From NCBI GenBank assembly GCA_963814475.1, contig CAWFDA010000046.1:666940-730939 (forward strand): a DNA stretch of 64,000 nucleotides, read 5' to 3'. This DNA is from an uncultured Bacteroidota bacterium. Lineage in GTDB: Bacteria; Bacteroidota; Bacteroidia; AKYH767-A; OLB10. A model generated the notes under the pieces. It was not told the origin of the DNA and searched no databases. It saw only the letters and a program-made list of their open reading frames with translations. Below are positions 32,341-43,151 of the stretch, one piece after another (position 1 is the stretch's first letter; each line of letters starts with the position of its first letter). Made by a program: the position numbers and the translations under genes.

Positions 32341-33918
32341 ATGAAAATATTTAAAATCAAATTAATCGCATTCACTTTTATTCAATTAGTTTTAAGTTCC
32401 GTTTCATACGGTCAGCTTTCGAAAACATGGTTCAATGAAGATCCTTCCGAAGATAAATTTGCAGGAGTAAGTGCTGATTTAACTTATGATAAATTGTTAA
32501 AAAACAAAACTTCTAAAACTGTTATCGTAGCAGTTATAGATGGTGGCACAGAGGTTGATCATCCTGATTTGCAAGCTAATATTTGGATTAATCCGGGTGA
32601 GATTGCAGGTAATGGAATTGATGATGATAAAAATGGTTATGTTGATGATGTGAATGGATGGAATTTTATTGGTGGAAAAGATGGTGATGTGAGCGGTGAT
32701 AATTTGGAAGCAACACGCATCTACAAGAAATACAAATCGAAGTTTGAAGGTAAAAGTGCAGCTGATTTTTCAGGCGATGAAAAGAACCAATTTGAAGTAT
32801 ATCAGAAAGCAAAATCTTCAATGGAGGATGATTTAAAATATGCTAAACAGGGATTGAAATCGTATGAATCCTACAAAATGTTACTTGACTCTATCAAAAT
32901 TCTAACGGGAAAAGAAGAATTTACCGGCGAAGATGTTGAAAAAATACAGACCGAAAATAAAAGATTGGATGCCTTAAAAACTTCTGTAGCATCAGCAATG
33001 AAAAGTGGTACTTCCTTTGATGAAATTTACAAACCTTTTAACGACGGATACAAACAATTTTACAGCCAGGTAAATTATCATTTGAACCCAGAGTTTGAAT
33101 CGAGACAAATTGTAGGTGATAATTATGATGATATCACAGAAAAATATTATGGCAATAATAATGTTGAAGGTCCTGATGGTGATCATGGCACTCATGTGGC
33201 AGGAATCATTGCTGCTATTCGTAATAATGATTTAGGTATGAATGGTGTTGCCGAAAATGTAAAAATAATGGTGGTGAGAGTTGTTCCTGATGGAGATGAA
33301 CGCGATAAAGATGTCGCTAATGCTATTCGTTATGCCACAGACAATGGTGCAAAGGTGATAAATATGAGTTTCGGAAAATCATTTTCTCCCAATGAAAAAT
33401 ATGTAAAAGAGGCCATTCAATATGCTTCATCAAAGGATGTAGTAATGGTGCATGGTGCAGGTAATGATGGTGCAAACCTTGATAAGGGTGGGAATTATCC
33501 TAATCCACAGTATAAACAAACTAAATCACGGGAATTAGCATGGATAGAAGTTGGTGCAATTTCCTCTTCGGGAGATGTGGCAAAATTTTCAAATTACGGT
33601 GCTAAGACTGTGGATGTACTTGCTCCCGGTGTGAAAATTTATTCAACTGTACCTGATGGCAAATATGAATATTTTGATGGTACAAGTATGGCCTCTCCCG
33701 TGGTGGCAGGAGTTGCGGCAATGTTACGCTCTTATTACCCTTCGCTCACTGCGCCACAAATTAGACAAGTGATTATGGATTCGGTTATTAAGATTCCGGG
33801 GAAAACCATTTTGCCGGGATCTAAAAAGAAAAAAGTTAAATACACCAAGCTATGTGTTTCGGGTGGAATTGTGAGTGCATACAAGGCGGTGGTACTGGCT
33901 GAGATAATGGCTCAGTAA
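32341..33918 (+). CDS. Subtilisin-like S8 serine peptidase, secreted.
   Basis: Signal peptide and the Asp (VAVIDGG), His (HGTHVAGIIAA) and Ser (GTSMASPVVAG) catalytic motifs. Confidence 0.85.
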   Translation: MKIFKIKLIAFTFIQLVLSSVSYGQLSKTWFNEDPSEDKFAGVSADLTYDKLLKNKTSKTVIVAVIDGGTEVDHPDLQANIWINPGEIAGNGIDDDKNGYVDDVNGWNFIGGKDGDVSGDNLEATRIYKKYKSKFEGKSAADFSGDEKNQFEVYQKAKSSMEDDLKYAKQGLKSYESYKMLLDSIKILTGKEEFTGEDVEKIQTENKRLDALKTSVASAMKSGTSFDEIYKPFNDGYKQFYSQVNYHLNPEFESRQIVGDNYDDITEKYYGNNNVEGPDGDHGTHVAGIIAAIRNNDLGMNGVAENVKIMVVRVVPDGDERDKDVANAIRYATDNGAKVINMSFGKSFSPNEKYVKEAIQYASSKDVVMVHGAGNDGANLDKGGNYPNPQYKQTKSRELAWIEVGAISSSGDVAKFSNYGAKTVDVLAPGVKIYSTVPDGKYEYFDGTSMASPVVAGVAAMLRSYYPSLTAPQIRQVIMDSVIKIPGKTILPGSKKKKVKYTKLCVSGGIVSAYKAVVLAEIMAQ

Positions 33919-34019
33919 GTTTAGGAGTGATCATTGAAAAATAACAACATTCCCCGTAAATATGGGCTCTTGGTTTTTTTAATATCGAACTTTGGAAGAA
34001 TAGTGGTCTGAATTTTTTC

Positions 34020-34090
34020 TACATAATTGTTTAATCGTACTCGTCTGACGCGCCGGCCCGTGGCATGGGACGAGTATGCAGGAATTTTAC
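34020..34090. repeat. Dispersed copy, in inverted orientation, of the hairpin core from the 1190-2290 array.
   Basis: CGTACTCGTCTGACGCGCCGGCCCGTGGCATGGGACGAGTATG is approximately the reverse complement of CTCGTCCCACGCC..GGCC.GCGC.TCAGACGAGTACG. Confidence 0.75.
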
Positions 34091-34604
34091 TTTGAAGAAG
34101 GAACCAGAGGATCATCCATTTAAACAAGTAATTTCATTAAAATCAAAAAAAAATCTTTTATCTCGTCTGAAGTCTGCCTACCGTATCATAAAATTTAACA
34201 TTAAACTCCAATGAAAATTTCAGATTTCTAAAGTTATTTTGAATATTGTACAGCAGGCAGTTGATGCCCGATGGGCGTGGTTCCGATATTTATCGGACGA
34301 GTATGGGAGGATTTTTTTATTTTAGAAGTACCTTCTGCGAGAAATATGAAGGTTGGGTTGAAGCAACTAAATTAATCAGGCTTTTATTACTTCACCACAT
34401 ATTTATATTCCTGTCGAATAAAAACATCCAGTCAGTTAAATATCTATGACCTGACATAGAAAAATTAATTTTGAAAATGTTAAAAATAATTCCTGAAAGT
34501 GTATAAATAATAATTAATTTTGAATAAACATCTTTACATTTGAATAGTTTCATCACAACTATCAGAATTTATGAATTTGTATTCCTGCAAGGCATATTTT
34601 AAGC

Positions 34605-34800
34605 CAAAAAGCTACCCGGCAACCTTTGGGCATGGTTATTCCTCAGGCGTGATGTTTCTCACATCCTCGTCCCAAACCACAGGCCAGCGCGTCAGAGGAC
34701 GAGAGTATGGGGCATGGTTATTCCTCAGGCGTGATGTTTCTCACATCCTCGTCCCAAACCACAGGCCAGCGCGTCAGACGAGGACGAGAGTATGGGGAAA
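34605..34800. repeat. Two tandem ~62 bp copies of a variant hairpin element (CTCGTCCCAAACCACAGGCCAGCGCGTCAGACGAG).
   Basis: The direct repeat GGCATGGTTATTCCTCAGGCGTGATGTTTCTCACATCCTCGTCCCAAACCACAGGCCAGCGCGTCAGA(C)GAGGACGAGAGTATGGGG occurs twice. Confidence 0.8.
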
Positions 34801-34899
34801 ATTTAAAGAGAAGTCTTAAAATTTATATGATTGATATTTAATCAATTACATCATAATGTAGAGAGATTATTGACAAATGACTAAAAAAATACGACATTT

Positions 34900-35352
34900 G
34901 TGTTAAATAAATTTGTGATGAAAAAGCATGAAAATATTTTTAACGAAAGTGTAGTTGCTTACGGCACTCATTCCAACAATTCTATTTATTCAATTATGGA
35001 TACCATCCGCAGTGGTATTGTTTTTTCAAAATTCAATAAAGTACTTAACAGCTTTCCTTTCAGTTTATCCGATTGGTCTTGGTTTTTAGGAATGTCGGAA
35101 CGCACTATGCAACGCTACCGCAAAGAGAAAAAAACCTTTGATAAACTGCAGTCTGAAAAAATTTTAAACATTTACATACTTTACAACCGCGGTGTGGAGG
35201 TATTTGGAGGTGCTGAAAATTTCAACACATGGCTCGATACTCCCAACACAGCTCTTGGAGGTGAAGTGCCCAAAAAACTTTTGGATAACAATTTCGGTAT
35301 AGAGTTTCTCAACGATACGTTAACGCGTATTGAGCATGGCGTTTCTGCATGA
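34900..35352 (+). CDS. Xre/MbcA/ParS-type antitoxin (DUF2384 toxin-binding domain).
   Basis: C-terminal WLDTPNTALGGEVPKKLL...LTRIEHGVSA signature. It overlaps the RES gene by 4 nt (ATGA). Confidence 0.7.
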   Translation: MLNKFVMKKHENIFNESVVAYGTHSNNSIYSIMDTIRSGIVFSKFNKVLNSFPFSLSDWSWFLGMSERTMQRYRKEKKTFDKLQSEKILNIYILYNRGVEVFGGAENFNTWLDTPNTALGGEVPKKLLDNNFGIEFLNDTLTRIEHGVSA

Positions 35353-35828
35353 TTGTATTCAGGTTATGTCGTGAAGTTTATAGCAGTGACCTGAATGGAA
35401 AAGGTGCTGAAAAAAGTGGAGGACGGTGGAACAGCAAGGGCATTCCTATGCTTTACACTTCTGAAACAAGAGCCTTGTGTCTGGCTGAAATGATGGTAAA
35501 TCTTCCATTAAATTTGATTCCTAAGGATTTCTCAATGGTTTCAATTTTGGTGCCGGATGAACTGCAGACACACACAATAAAAATCGAACAATTACCATCC
35601 GATTGGAAAATGTTTCCTCACTCCTATTCTACCCAGAAATTAGGAGATGATTTTATTAATGAAGGAAAATTTATTGCTCTCAAAGTACCCTCAGTAGTTG
35701 TGCCCTTAGAGTATAATGTCATAATCAACCCAAGACATACAGATATGGGAAAGGTGAAAATTATTGAAGTGAAAAAATTTTCAATTGATGAGCGACTAAT
35801 TGCGAAGAGTGGGGAAAAAAGTCATTGA
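35349..35828 (+). CDS. RES-domain toxin (MbcT/ParT-like NAD+-targeting toxin).
   Basis: GGRWNSKGIPMLYTSETRALCLAEMMV matches the RES N-terminal motif. The 159 aa ORF is translationally coupled to the antitoxin. Confidence 0.75.
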   Translation: MIVFRLCREVYSSDLNGKGAEKSGGRWNSKGIPMLYTSETRALCLAEMMVNLPLNLIPKDFSMVSILVPDELQTHTIKIEQLPSDWKMFPHSYSTQKLGDDFINEGKFIALKVPSVVVPLEYNVIINPRHTDMGKVKIIEVKKFSIDERLIAKSGEKSH

Positions 35829-35872
35829 GTCATTAAGTCATTGAGTCATTAAGTCATTGAACTTTGGTTAGG
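35820..35872. repeat. AGTCATTGAGTCATTAAGTCATT heptad repeat.
   Basis: The tandem (A/G)GTCATT units are visible directly. Confidence 0.8.
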
Positions 35873-35929
35873 TTGAAAAGAATGAAGATTGATCGGGACG
35901 AGGAAAAAAATTGAAGATAGTAGATGTAC

Positions 35930-36135
35930 TTTTATACTTTCAATTTTCAGTTTTCAATTCGCGTTGACAGCGGTAGAAGCATTATATTCGGGTCGAAGGG
36001 AAAACTGAAATTTGAAAACTGAAATTTGAAAAGTTTTGGTAGGTTGGGACAAAGTTAAAACTGAAAAGCAGGCCCGAATCTATAGAGGCGGGCCTGTCCG
36101 AATCTATAGAGGCGGGCTTGCCCGATAAAGAAGAC
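35930..36135. repeat. MITE-like element with TTTTCAGTTTTCAATT / AATTGAAAACTGAAA inverted termini, followed by a 2x direct repeat GCCCGAATCTATAGAGGCGGGC.
   Basis: TTCAATTTTCAGTTTTCAATTCGCG...GGGTCGAAGGGAAAACTGAAATTTGAAAACTGAAA. Related copies lie at 2290-2405 and 37260-37500. Confidence 0.7.
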
Positions 36136-36168
36136 AAGTCAGAAGTAATGAAAAGATTTTTTTTCTAA

Positions 36169-37220
36169 TTACAGCCCCTCTTTTACAGCAGGAATCACTT
36201 TCGAACCAATTAAATTTATAGACTCCTTCAACTGATCATGAGATAATCCAGCATTTTCCATTTGAAAAGTAAGTCTAGAAATTCCACCCAGTGCTTTACT
36301 ATGACGAAGTATTTTTTCCGCCACTTCATCAGGATCACCCACTATTAAAGCACCTCTAGCACCGGTTTGTGAATCAAAATGAGGACGTGTTACAGGCGGC
36401 CATCCCCGTTCTTTGCCAATTCGTGTAAATGTTTCGGCATAACCCGGGATAATAATTTTCAACAGCTTCTTTAGAATTTGCAGCAACGTACCCAAGAGAA
36501 TGGAATCCCACTTTGAGTTTGTCTGGGGAGTGACCGGCTAATTGCCGGCTTGTCTGTATACATCAACCAGCGGACCGAAAACGATGTGTTTCTCCACCAA
36601 TAATTGCAATCATTAAAGGTAGTCCCAATATTCCAGCTCTGACAAATGATGCCGGTGTACCTCCTACTCCAAGCCAAATTGGCAATGGATCTTGCAGTGG
36701 TCGTGGATAAATATTGTTGTTTTACAAGGCAGCACGAAATTTACCTGACCAGGTAACGATTCATTATCTCTTATTTTCAACAAGGAGCTCTAATTTTTCA
36801 GCAAAATAGTTCATCGTAGTCTTTAGTATTCAAAGCCAAACAAGTGGAAATGCTTCAATAAATGAACCACTTCCAACCACCATTTCAGCACGACCCTGAG
36901 AAATAAGATCGAGTGTTGCAAAATTTTGAAAGACTCTTACCGGATCGGCCGCACTCAATACTGTAACCGCGCTAGTTAGTCTGATTTCGTCTTTGTTCTG
37001 GCTGCTGCAGCTGCAAGAATAATGGTTGGTGCCGAATCAAGAAATTCCTTTCGGTGATGTTCACCAATACCAAACACATCTAGGCCGACCTGATCAGCAC
37101 ATTCAATCCGTTCTAATAAGTGAGCTAGTGCATCACTTTGCTCCGGTTTTTAGCCGTCAGCTTGAATCGACGGTGACTTGCAGAAGCAAAACTATCTATT
37201 CCTATTTCCATTTTAATTAA
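36169..37220 (-). pseudogene. LLM-class flavin-dependent oxidoreductase (luciferase-like monooxygenase), heavily frameshifted.
   Basis: The C-terminal 108 aa ORF (...GALIVGDPDEVAEKILRHSKALGGISRLTFQ...) is typical LLM. Upstream fragments are scattered across frames to about 37220. Confidence 0.6.
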
Positions 37221-37259
37221 GCGAATGTGGGAGCAGTTTCCCGGTTAAAGGACGAAATA

Positions 37260-37500
37260 ACTTCAGTTTTAAAATTTTCAGCTTTATATTTGGGTCGAAG
37301 GGAAAACTGAAGAGTTAAAATTGAAAAGTTAAAAGTACGAATTATCTTCAATTTTATTTTTTCAGTTTTCAATTTTCAATTCGCGATGAGGGCGAATTGA
37401 AGCATAAATTCAGATCAAAGCGAAAATTGAAAAGCCTGCCCGACCCCCGATAGCCTTTGCGATGATTTGGGCGGGTTAAAATTGAAAAGTACAAATAAAC
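37260..37500. repeat. Two adjacent MITE-like elements of the same TTTTCAGTTTTCAATT family.
   Basis: TTGGGTCGAAGGGAAAACTGAAG... and TTTTTTCAGTTTTCAATTTTCAATTCGCGATGAGGGCG...AAAATTGAAAAG. Confidence 0.7.
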
Positions 37501-37514
37501 TTACTTTCAAATTT

Positions 37515-38645
37515 TCATTCACTCACAGAAACCGGTTCCTTCACAGAAACCTTAAGTGATCCAACAAATTCATCAAAAAGGTATCTTGAATCATCGGGTC
37601 CGGGAGCTGACTCGGGATGGTACTGAACGGAAAAAGCTTTTTTGTTTTTCACTCTTATTCCCTCAATAGAATGATCGTTCAGATTCACATGTGTTACTTC
37701 AATCACATCAGATTTTTCCACATCTTCACGACTAATAGCAAATCCATGGTTTTGAGAGGTAACTTCGGAATGACCGATAATCATATTTTTTACCGGATGA
37801 TTAATTCCTCTATGACCGTTGAACATTTTATAAGTTGAAATCCCACAGGCTTCGGCGAGTAATTGATGGCCTAGGCAAATGCCAAAAACAGGTTTATCGG
37901 CAGCCAGAATATCTTTCACCGTTTGAACAACATCCGGCATAACCGCAGGATCACCAGGGCCATTAGAAATTAAGAAACCATCGGGCTCCCAGGCATTCAT
38001 CACCTTGAAGGATGCGTTGTAAGGAAATACCTGAACATAGCATCCTCTATCTGAAAGGCAACGGAGGGTATTAGTTTTGACACCTTCATCCATCACAGCA
38101 ACTTTTAGAGGAGCCGATGGATCGCCAAAGAAATACGGTTTGGCAGTAGAAACAGTCGATGAAAGCTCGAGTCCGGCCATAGAAGGCACTTTTGCGAGTA
38201 TTTCCTTCAGTTTATCTGTATTTAATTCATCGGAAGAAATGATTGCATTCATTACGCCTTTATCTCTGATATGGCGCACTAACGCTCTGGTGTCGATATC
38301 TGAGATGGCAACCATATTTTGCTCAATAAAATAGTCGTTTAAAGAGCTATCGGCGCTTTTGCGGGAATAGTGCTGACTAAAGTTCCGACAAATGAAACCG
38401 GCAATTTTAATAGAACTTGATTCCGACTCATCAAATTTAATTCCGTAGTTGCCGATGTGCACGTTGGTGGCGATGAGCAACTGACCTTCGTAAGAGGGGT
38501 CGGTAAAGACTTCCTGGTAGCCGGTCATTCCGGTATTAAAACATATTTCGCCTGTAGCGGTTCCTACTTTTCCAGCTGATTTACCGTAAAAAATAGTTCC
38601 ATCCTGGAGTAAGAGTATTGCCGGGAATTTAGGGGTATATTTCAT
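37515..38645 (-). CDS. carA: Carbamoyl-phosphate synthase small (glutamine amidotransferase) subunit.
   Basis: 376 aa with the CarA N-domain and class-I GATase motifs (GICLGHQ, ...HPE). Confidence 0.85.
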   Translation of the reverse strand: MKYTPKFPAILLLQDGTIFYGKSAGKVGTATGEICFNTGMTGYQEVFTDPSYEGQLLIATNVHIGNYGIKFDESESSSIKIAGFICRNFSQHYSRKSADSSLNDYFIEQNMVAISDIDTRALVRHIRDKGVMNAIISSDELNTDKLKEILAKVPSMAGLELSSTVSTAKPYFFGDPSAPLKVAVMDEGVKTNTLRCLSDRGCYVQVFPYNASFKVMNAWEPDGFLISNGPGDPAVMPDVVQTVKDILAADKPVFGICLGHQLLAEACGISTYKMFNGHRGINHPVKNMIIGHSEVTSQNHGFAISREDVEKSDVIEVTHVNLNDHSIEGIRVKNKKAFSVQYHPESAPGPDDSRYLFDEFVGSLKVSVKEPVSVSE

Positions 38646-38741
38646 TTTTATGATTGCGGTTTCTCAAATGCAAAATAACATAAAAAAAGGATAAAGCTGA
38701 AGCTTTACCCTTTTTATCATTTTAACAATAGTTTCATTTTT

Positions 38742-39258
38742 TTATTCGCCCGTTTCTTCTTCAGTATCAGCCTTTTTAGCTTTCGCCTTTTTAGCAACCG
38801 GAGCTTCAGCAGCACCATCGCCATCGGCTTTCTTAGTTTTACCACGACGCGTAGTCTTCGCTTTCTTAGCAGGAGCAGAAGTTTCCTTCACCATCAACGT
38901 GTTATAATCAACCAACTCCATCATGCACATTTCAGCAGCATCACCAAACGATTACCTGTTTTAATGATACGGGTATATCCACCCGGACGCTCGCCGATTG
39001 TACTGGCAACATCTTTGAACAATTCTGAAACAGCTTCCTTATTTTGAAGGAAACTAAAGACAGTACGACGAGAGTGCGTAGAATCCGTTTTCGATTTAGT
39101 GATTAATGGTTCTACATACTTTGCGCAAGTGCTTTAGCTTTTGCAACCGTAGTGTTGATTCTTTTATGCAGAATCAATGAAGAAGCCATATTCGAGAGCA
39201 TCGCATCTCTGTGACTGGACGTTCTTCCTAAATGATTTACTTTTTTACCGTGACGCAT
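38742..39258 (-). pseudogene. rplQ: 50S ribosomal protein L17 with two apparent frameshifts and an A/K-rich C-terminal extension.
   Basis: [21 protein letters not shown]... from the ATG at 39258. The frame breaks near KALAQ (39150) and near GNRL (38940). The C-terminus is ORF 38742-38930. Confidence 0.7.
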
Positions 39259-39309
39259 TTTATTTAATCTTTTCTATCCTATTTGGATTTACAGGCATTC
39301 GTTTAATTA

Positions 39310-40305
39310 TCAGTCTTTTTCAAGTTTGTATTTGGAAACATTCATTCCAAAATTCAGGTTCTTACTTCTCACTAGTTCTTCCAATTCAGTAAGTGATTTT
39401 TTACCGAAATTTCTGAATTTAAGAAGGTCATTTTTAGAATAAGAAACCAGGTCTCCAAGAGTTTCAACATCAGCAGCTTTAAGGCAGTTAAGAGCTCGAA
39501 CAGAAAGATCCATATCAACCAATTTAGTTTTCAGCAACTGACGCATGTGAAGTGATGACTCATCGAACTCTTCAGTTGGAGTTTTAGGTTTGCTTTCGAG
39601 AGTGATTTTCTCATCAGAGAACAACATGAAGTGATGAATCAGAATTTCAGCTGCTTCTTTCAAGGGCATCTTTTGGATGAATAGATCCATCGGTAGCGAT
39701 TTCAAGAACCAGTTTTTCATAATCGGTCTTTCTGTTCAACCCTGTAGTTTTCTACGTTGTAACGAACGTTTCTGATTGGGGTGAAAATAGAATCGATAGC
39801 AATTGTTCCGATAGGATAGCTATTCGATTTATTCTCTTCAGCAGGAACATAACCACGACCTTTATCGATAGTGATATCAATTTGAATTTTAACACTCGTT
39901 TCCATGTTACAGATAACCAAATCAGGATTCAGAACCTGGAAAGCAGAGGTATGCTTAGCGATATCACCGGCAGTAAATTGATTTTTGCCGTTGATAGTTA
40001 CCTGAACTTTTTCAGAGTCGGTTGATTCAATTTGCTTTTTAAAGCGAACCTGCTTCAGGTTCAGAATGATTTCAGTAACGTCTTCAACAACACCCTTGAT
40101 AGTAGAAAACTCATGATCAACACCTGAAATTTTCACGGTGGTGATAGCATGACCTTCAAGAGATGAAAGGAGAATTCTCCTTAGCGCATTTCCGATAGTG
40201 ATTCCATAACCGGGTTCAAGTGGACGGAACTCAAATGTACCAAGATGTTCAGTTGGACTGAAGCATGATCACTTTATCCGGTCTTTGAAACGCTAATATT
40301 GCCAT
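39310..40305 (-). pseudogene. rpoA: DNA-directed RNA polymerase alpha subunit, split by at least 3 frameshifts.
   Basis: [17 protein letters not shown] at 40305 is followed by a frame break. ORFs 39717-40136 and 39310-39720 carry the rest (...[25 protein letters not shown]...). Confidence 0.8.
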
Positions 40306-40379
40306 TTTTATATCCTTCTTTTTTTAGTTTTTTCTTAATAATTAATCACTTCCTTCCGGGGAAGGGCACTTACAACTGA

Positions 40380-40985
40380 TTACTTAGAGTACAACTCGAC
40401 AATCAGTTGTTCTTTAATATTTTCGGTAATGTCGGCACGGGCAGGAGCACTTACGAACTTACCTTCCATTTTGCTGTCATCCCACTCTAACCAAGAATAA
40501 CGGGTGGTTCTAGATCTCAAAGATATCACCAATAACTTGTGAAGATTTTGATTTTTCTCTAACACCAACCTGATCACCTGCTTTCAGAGTATAAGAAGGA
40601 ATATTTACCACTTTACCATTCACAATAATGTGACGGTGAGAAACCAGCTGACGGGCAGCTGAACGGGTTGGAGCGATACCTAAACGATAAACCACATTAT
40701 CTAAACGTGATTCAATTAACTGAAGCAAGTTTTCACCGGTGATACCTTCTTTTCTAGAAGCACGGTCGAAAGTTTTCGCAAACTGACGCTCGAGGATTCC
40801 ATAGGTGTATTTCACCTTTTGTTTTTCCTTCAGCTGAGTAGCATATTCAGAAAGCTTTGAACGCTTCTTAGATTGTCCGTGCTGTCCCGGAGGATAGTTT
40901 CTCTTCTCGTAGTTCTTATCAGGTCCGTAAATCGGCTCTCTGAACTTTCTTGCAATCTTGGTCTTTGGTCCTATATACCTGGCCA
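40380..40985 (-). CDS. rpsD: 30S ribosomal protein S4, with an apparent frameshift near the C-terminus (~40520-40570).
   Basis: [15 protein letters not shown]... The C-terminal 40 aa (...[17 protein letters not shown]...) lie in an overlapping ORF in another frame. Confidence 0.75.
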
Positions 40986-41039
40986 TGAAATCTTGTTTTA
41001 TTAAACTTAAATAAATGCTTTGATATACTATTAAATTCT

Positions 41040-41425
41040 TCTGCGTTTTGGAGGGCGGCAACCGTTGTGTGGAATCGGAGTGATATCCACAATTTCGCTT
41101 ACTTCAAGACCTGCAGTTGTGCAAGTGTTCTGATTGCAGATTCACGTCCTGAACCTGGTCCTTTCACAAACACTTTCACTTTTCTCATACCTGCATCAAA
41201 GGCAACTTTAGAGCAATCCTGAGCAGCCAACTGAGCAGCATAAGGAGTGTTTTTCTTAGATCCTTTGAATCCCATTTTACCTGCAGAAGCCCAGGATACT
41301 ACCTGTCCGGTAGTATTGGTGATGCTAATGATGATATTGTTAAATGTAGCGTTGATATGAGCTTCGCCAACAGACTCCACTTTTACCACTCTTTTTTTAA
41401 CGGTAACTTTTGCTGTTTTTGCCAT
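41040..41425 (-). CDS. rpsK: 30S ribosomal protein S11, with an apparent frameshift about 20 codons before the end.
   Basis: 108 aa ORF. The conserved tail ...[16 protein letters not shown] is present downstream in a different frame (41040-41100). Confidence 0.75.
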
Positions 41426-41472
41426 TATCGTTATTTGTTCCCGAGTTACAATTAAGTCCCCGGATGATTATT

Positions 41473-41850
41473 TTACTTAGTTACTTTTTTCTTGTTAGCA
41501 ACAGTTTTTCTCTTACCTTTACGGGTACGACAGTTGTTTTTCGTTCTTTGTCCGCGAACAGGTAAACCAATACGGTGACGAACACCGCGGTAGCAACCGA
41601 TATCCATCAAACGTTTGATGTTTAATTGAACTTCAGAACGAAGTCCACCTTCAACTTTGATGTTATCGTTGATATACGTTCTGATTTTTGTCAGTTCATC
41701 ATCATTCCATTCCTGAACTTTTTTGCTAAAGTCGATATTACTATCGGTAAGAATTTTCTGCGCTGTTGAACGGCCTATTCCGAAGATATAGGTGAGGCCT
41801 ATTTCACCTCTTTTGTTTTTTGGTAAGTCAATACCAGCAATACGAGCCAT
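41473..41850 (-). CDS. rpsM: 30S ribosomal protein S13.
   Basis: [10 protein letters not shown]... in a 125 aa ORF. Confidence 0.9.
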   Translation of the reverse strand: MARIAGIDLPKNKRGEIGLTYIFGIGRSTAQKILTDSNIDFSKKVQEWNDDELTKIRTYINDNIKVEGGLRSEVQLNIKRLMDIGCYRGVRHRIGLPVRGQRTKNNCRTRKGKRKTVANKKKVTK

Positions 41851-41881
41851 TTATATTCCTTTAGTTATTATAATTATAGTA

Positions 41882-41998
41882 TTAACCCTGACGCATCTTA
41901 AAGCGAGGATTCTTTTTGTTGATCACATAGAGACGACCTTTACGTCTAACGATTTTGCAATCAACACTTCTTTTCTTTAATGAGGGTTTTACTTTCAT
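41882..41998 (-). CDS. rpmJ: 50S ribosomal protein L36.
   Basis: Reverse translation gives [38 protein letters not shown]. Confidence 0.85.
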   Translation of the reverse strand: MKVKPSLKKRSVDCKIVRRKGRLYVINKKNPRFKMRQG

Positions 41999-42009
41999 TT
42001 GGTAATATA

Positions 42010-42228
42010 TTATTTGTACCTGTATGTAATTCTTCCTTTTGTTAAATCATAGGGTGACATTTCCACCTTTACTTTATCGCCGGGAAGAATTTTGATGTAA
42101 TTCATCCTCATTTTTCCGGAAATATGGGCTATGATCTCGTGCCCGTTTTCCAGTTCCAATCGGAACATTGCATTCGACAATGCTTCTACAATTGTTCCGT
42201 CTTGTTCGATGACTCCTTGTTTAGCCAT
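42010..42228 (-). CDS. infA: Translation initiation factor IF-1.
   Basis: 72 aa with [41 protein letters not shown].... Confidence 0.9.
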   Translation of the reverse strand: MAKQGVIEQDGTIVEALSNAMFRLELENGHEIIAHISGKMRMNYIKILPGDKVKVEMSPYDLTKGRITYRYK

Positions 42229-42247
42229 TCAATTTTTTGACTGTTAC

Positions 42248-43140
42248 TTATATTCTTTGCTCAGGTTTATATTTTGAGTCTTCAGCTTTTTCAATTTTTT
42301 CAAATGATGAGAGTACATCTGCTTTATTTTCTCCTATTGCAACGGTGTGTTCGAAGTGTGCGGAAGGTTTCAAATCTGTCGGTGTAACGATTGTCCATCC
42401 ATCATTCAGTTGTTTGACCTGCCTTTTTCCGGCGTTGATCATAGGTTCAATGGCTATTACCATTCCTGTTTTCAGGAGCATGCCAGTACCTTTTTTTCCG
42501 TAATTAGGAACTTCAGGTTTTTCGTGCAAGCTTCATTCCCAACTCCATGTCCAACCAATTCTCTCACTACTCCAAAGCCATTTGCTTCGGCATGATCCTG
42601 AACGGCTGCACTGATATCTCCAATCCTGCAACCTGACACTGAGCCTTTTCGATACCTATGTAAAAGGCATTCTTTGGTAACACGAATTAGATTTCGACGT
42701 TTCGGTGTTCACCTCTCCCACCGTGAATGTATACGCTGAATCTCCGAAGAAACCATCTTTTATCACACCACAATCGATAGAAACCACATCACCATCCTTT
42801 AGTTCGCGATTGCCCGGTATACCGTGTACCACTTCAGCATTGACTGAAATGCACAACGATCCGGGAAAACCACCATAGCCTTTAAAGGCAGGGATAGCTT
42901 TTTGATCTCTTATGAAGGTTTCCGCCAATGCATCAAGCTCGATGGTTTTCACACCGGGCTTAAGAATTGCGGCCACTTCCGCTAATGTATCTCCAACAAG
43001 TAAAGAACTAACTCTTATTAACTCTATTTCTTCGGGAGTTTTGTAGATAATCTGCAATTTGACTCCTTTGTTTTTATATTTTAATAATAGCAATAACCTA
43101 CTACCGGTGCCTTAAACTGCGGCTCCGACAGCAGATGCTC
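42248..43140 (-). pseudogene. map: Methionine aminopeptidase, type I, frameshifted.
   Basis: The N-terminal part (42656-43093) and C-terminal part (42248-42529) lie in different frames with a gap between them. Confidence 0.75.
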
Positions 43141-43151
43141 TGCCTTTGATT

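Noticed and set aside
34246-34819. Small ORFs at 34246-34449 and 34571-34819.
   Set aside because: They overlap the dispersed hairpin repeats and have no homology. 34571-34819 translates the 2x tandem element.
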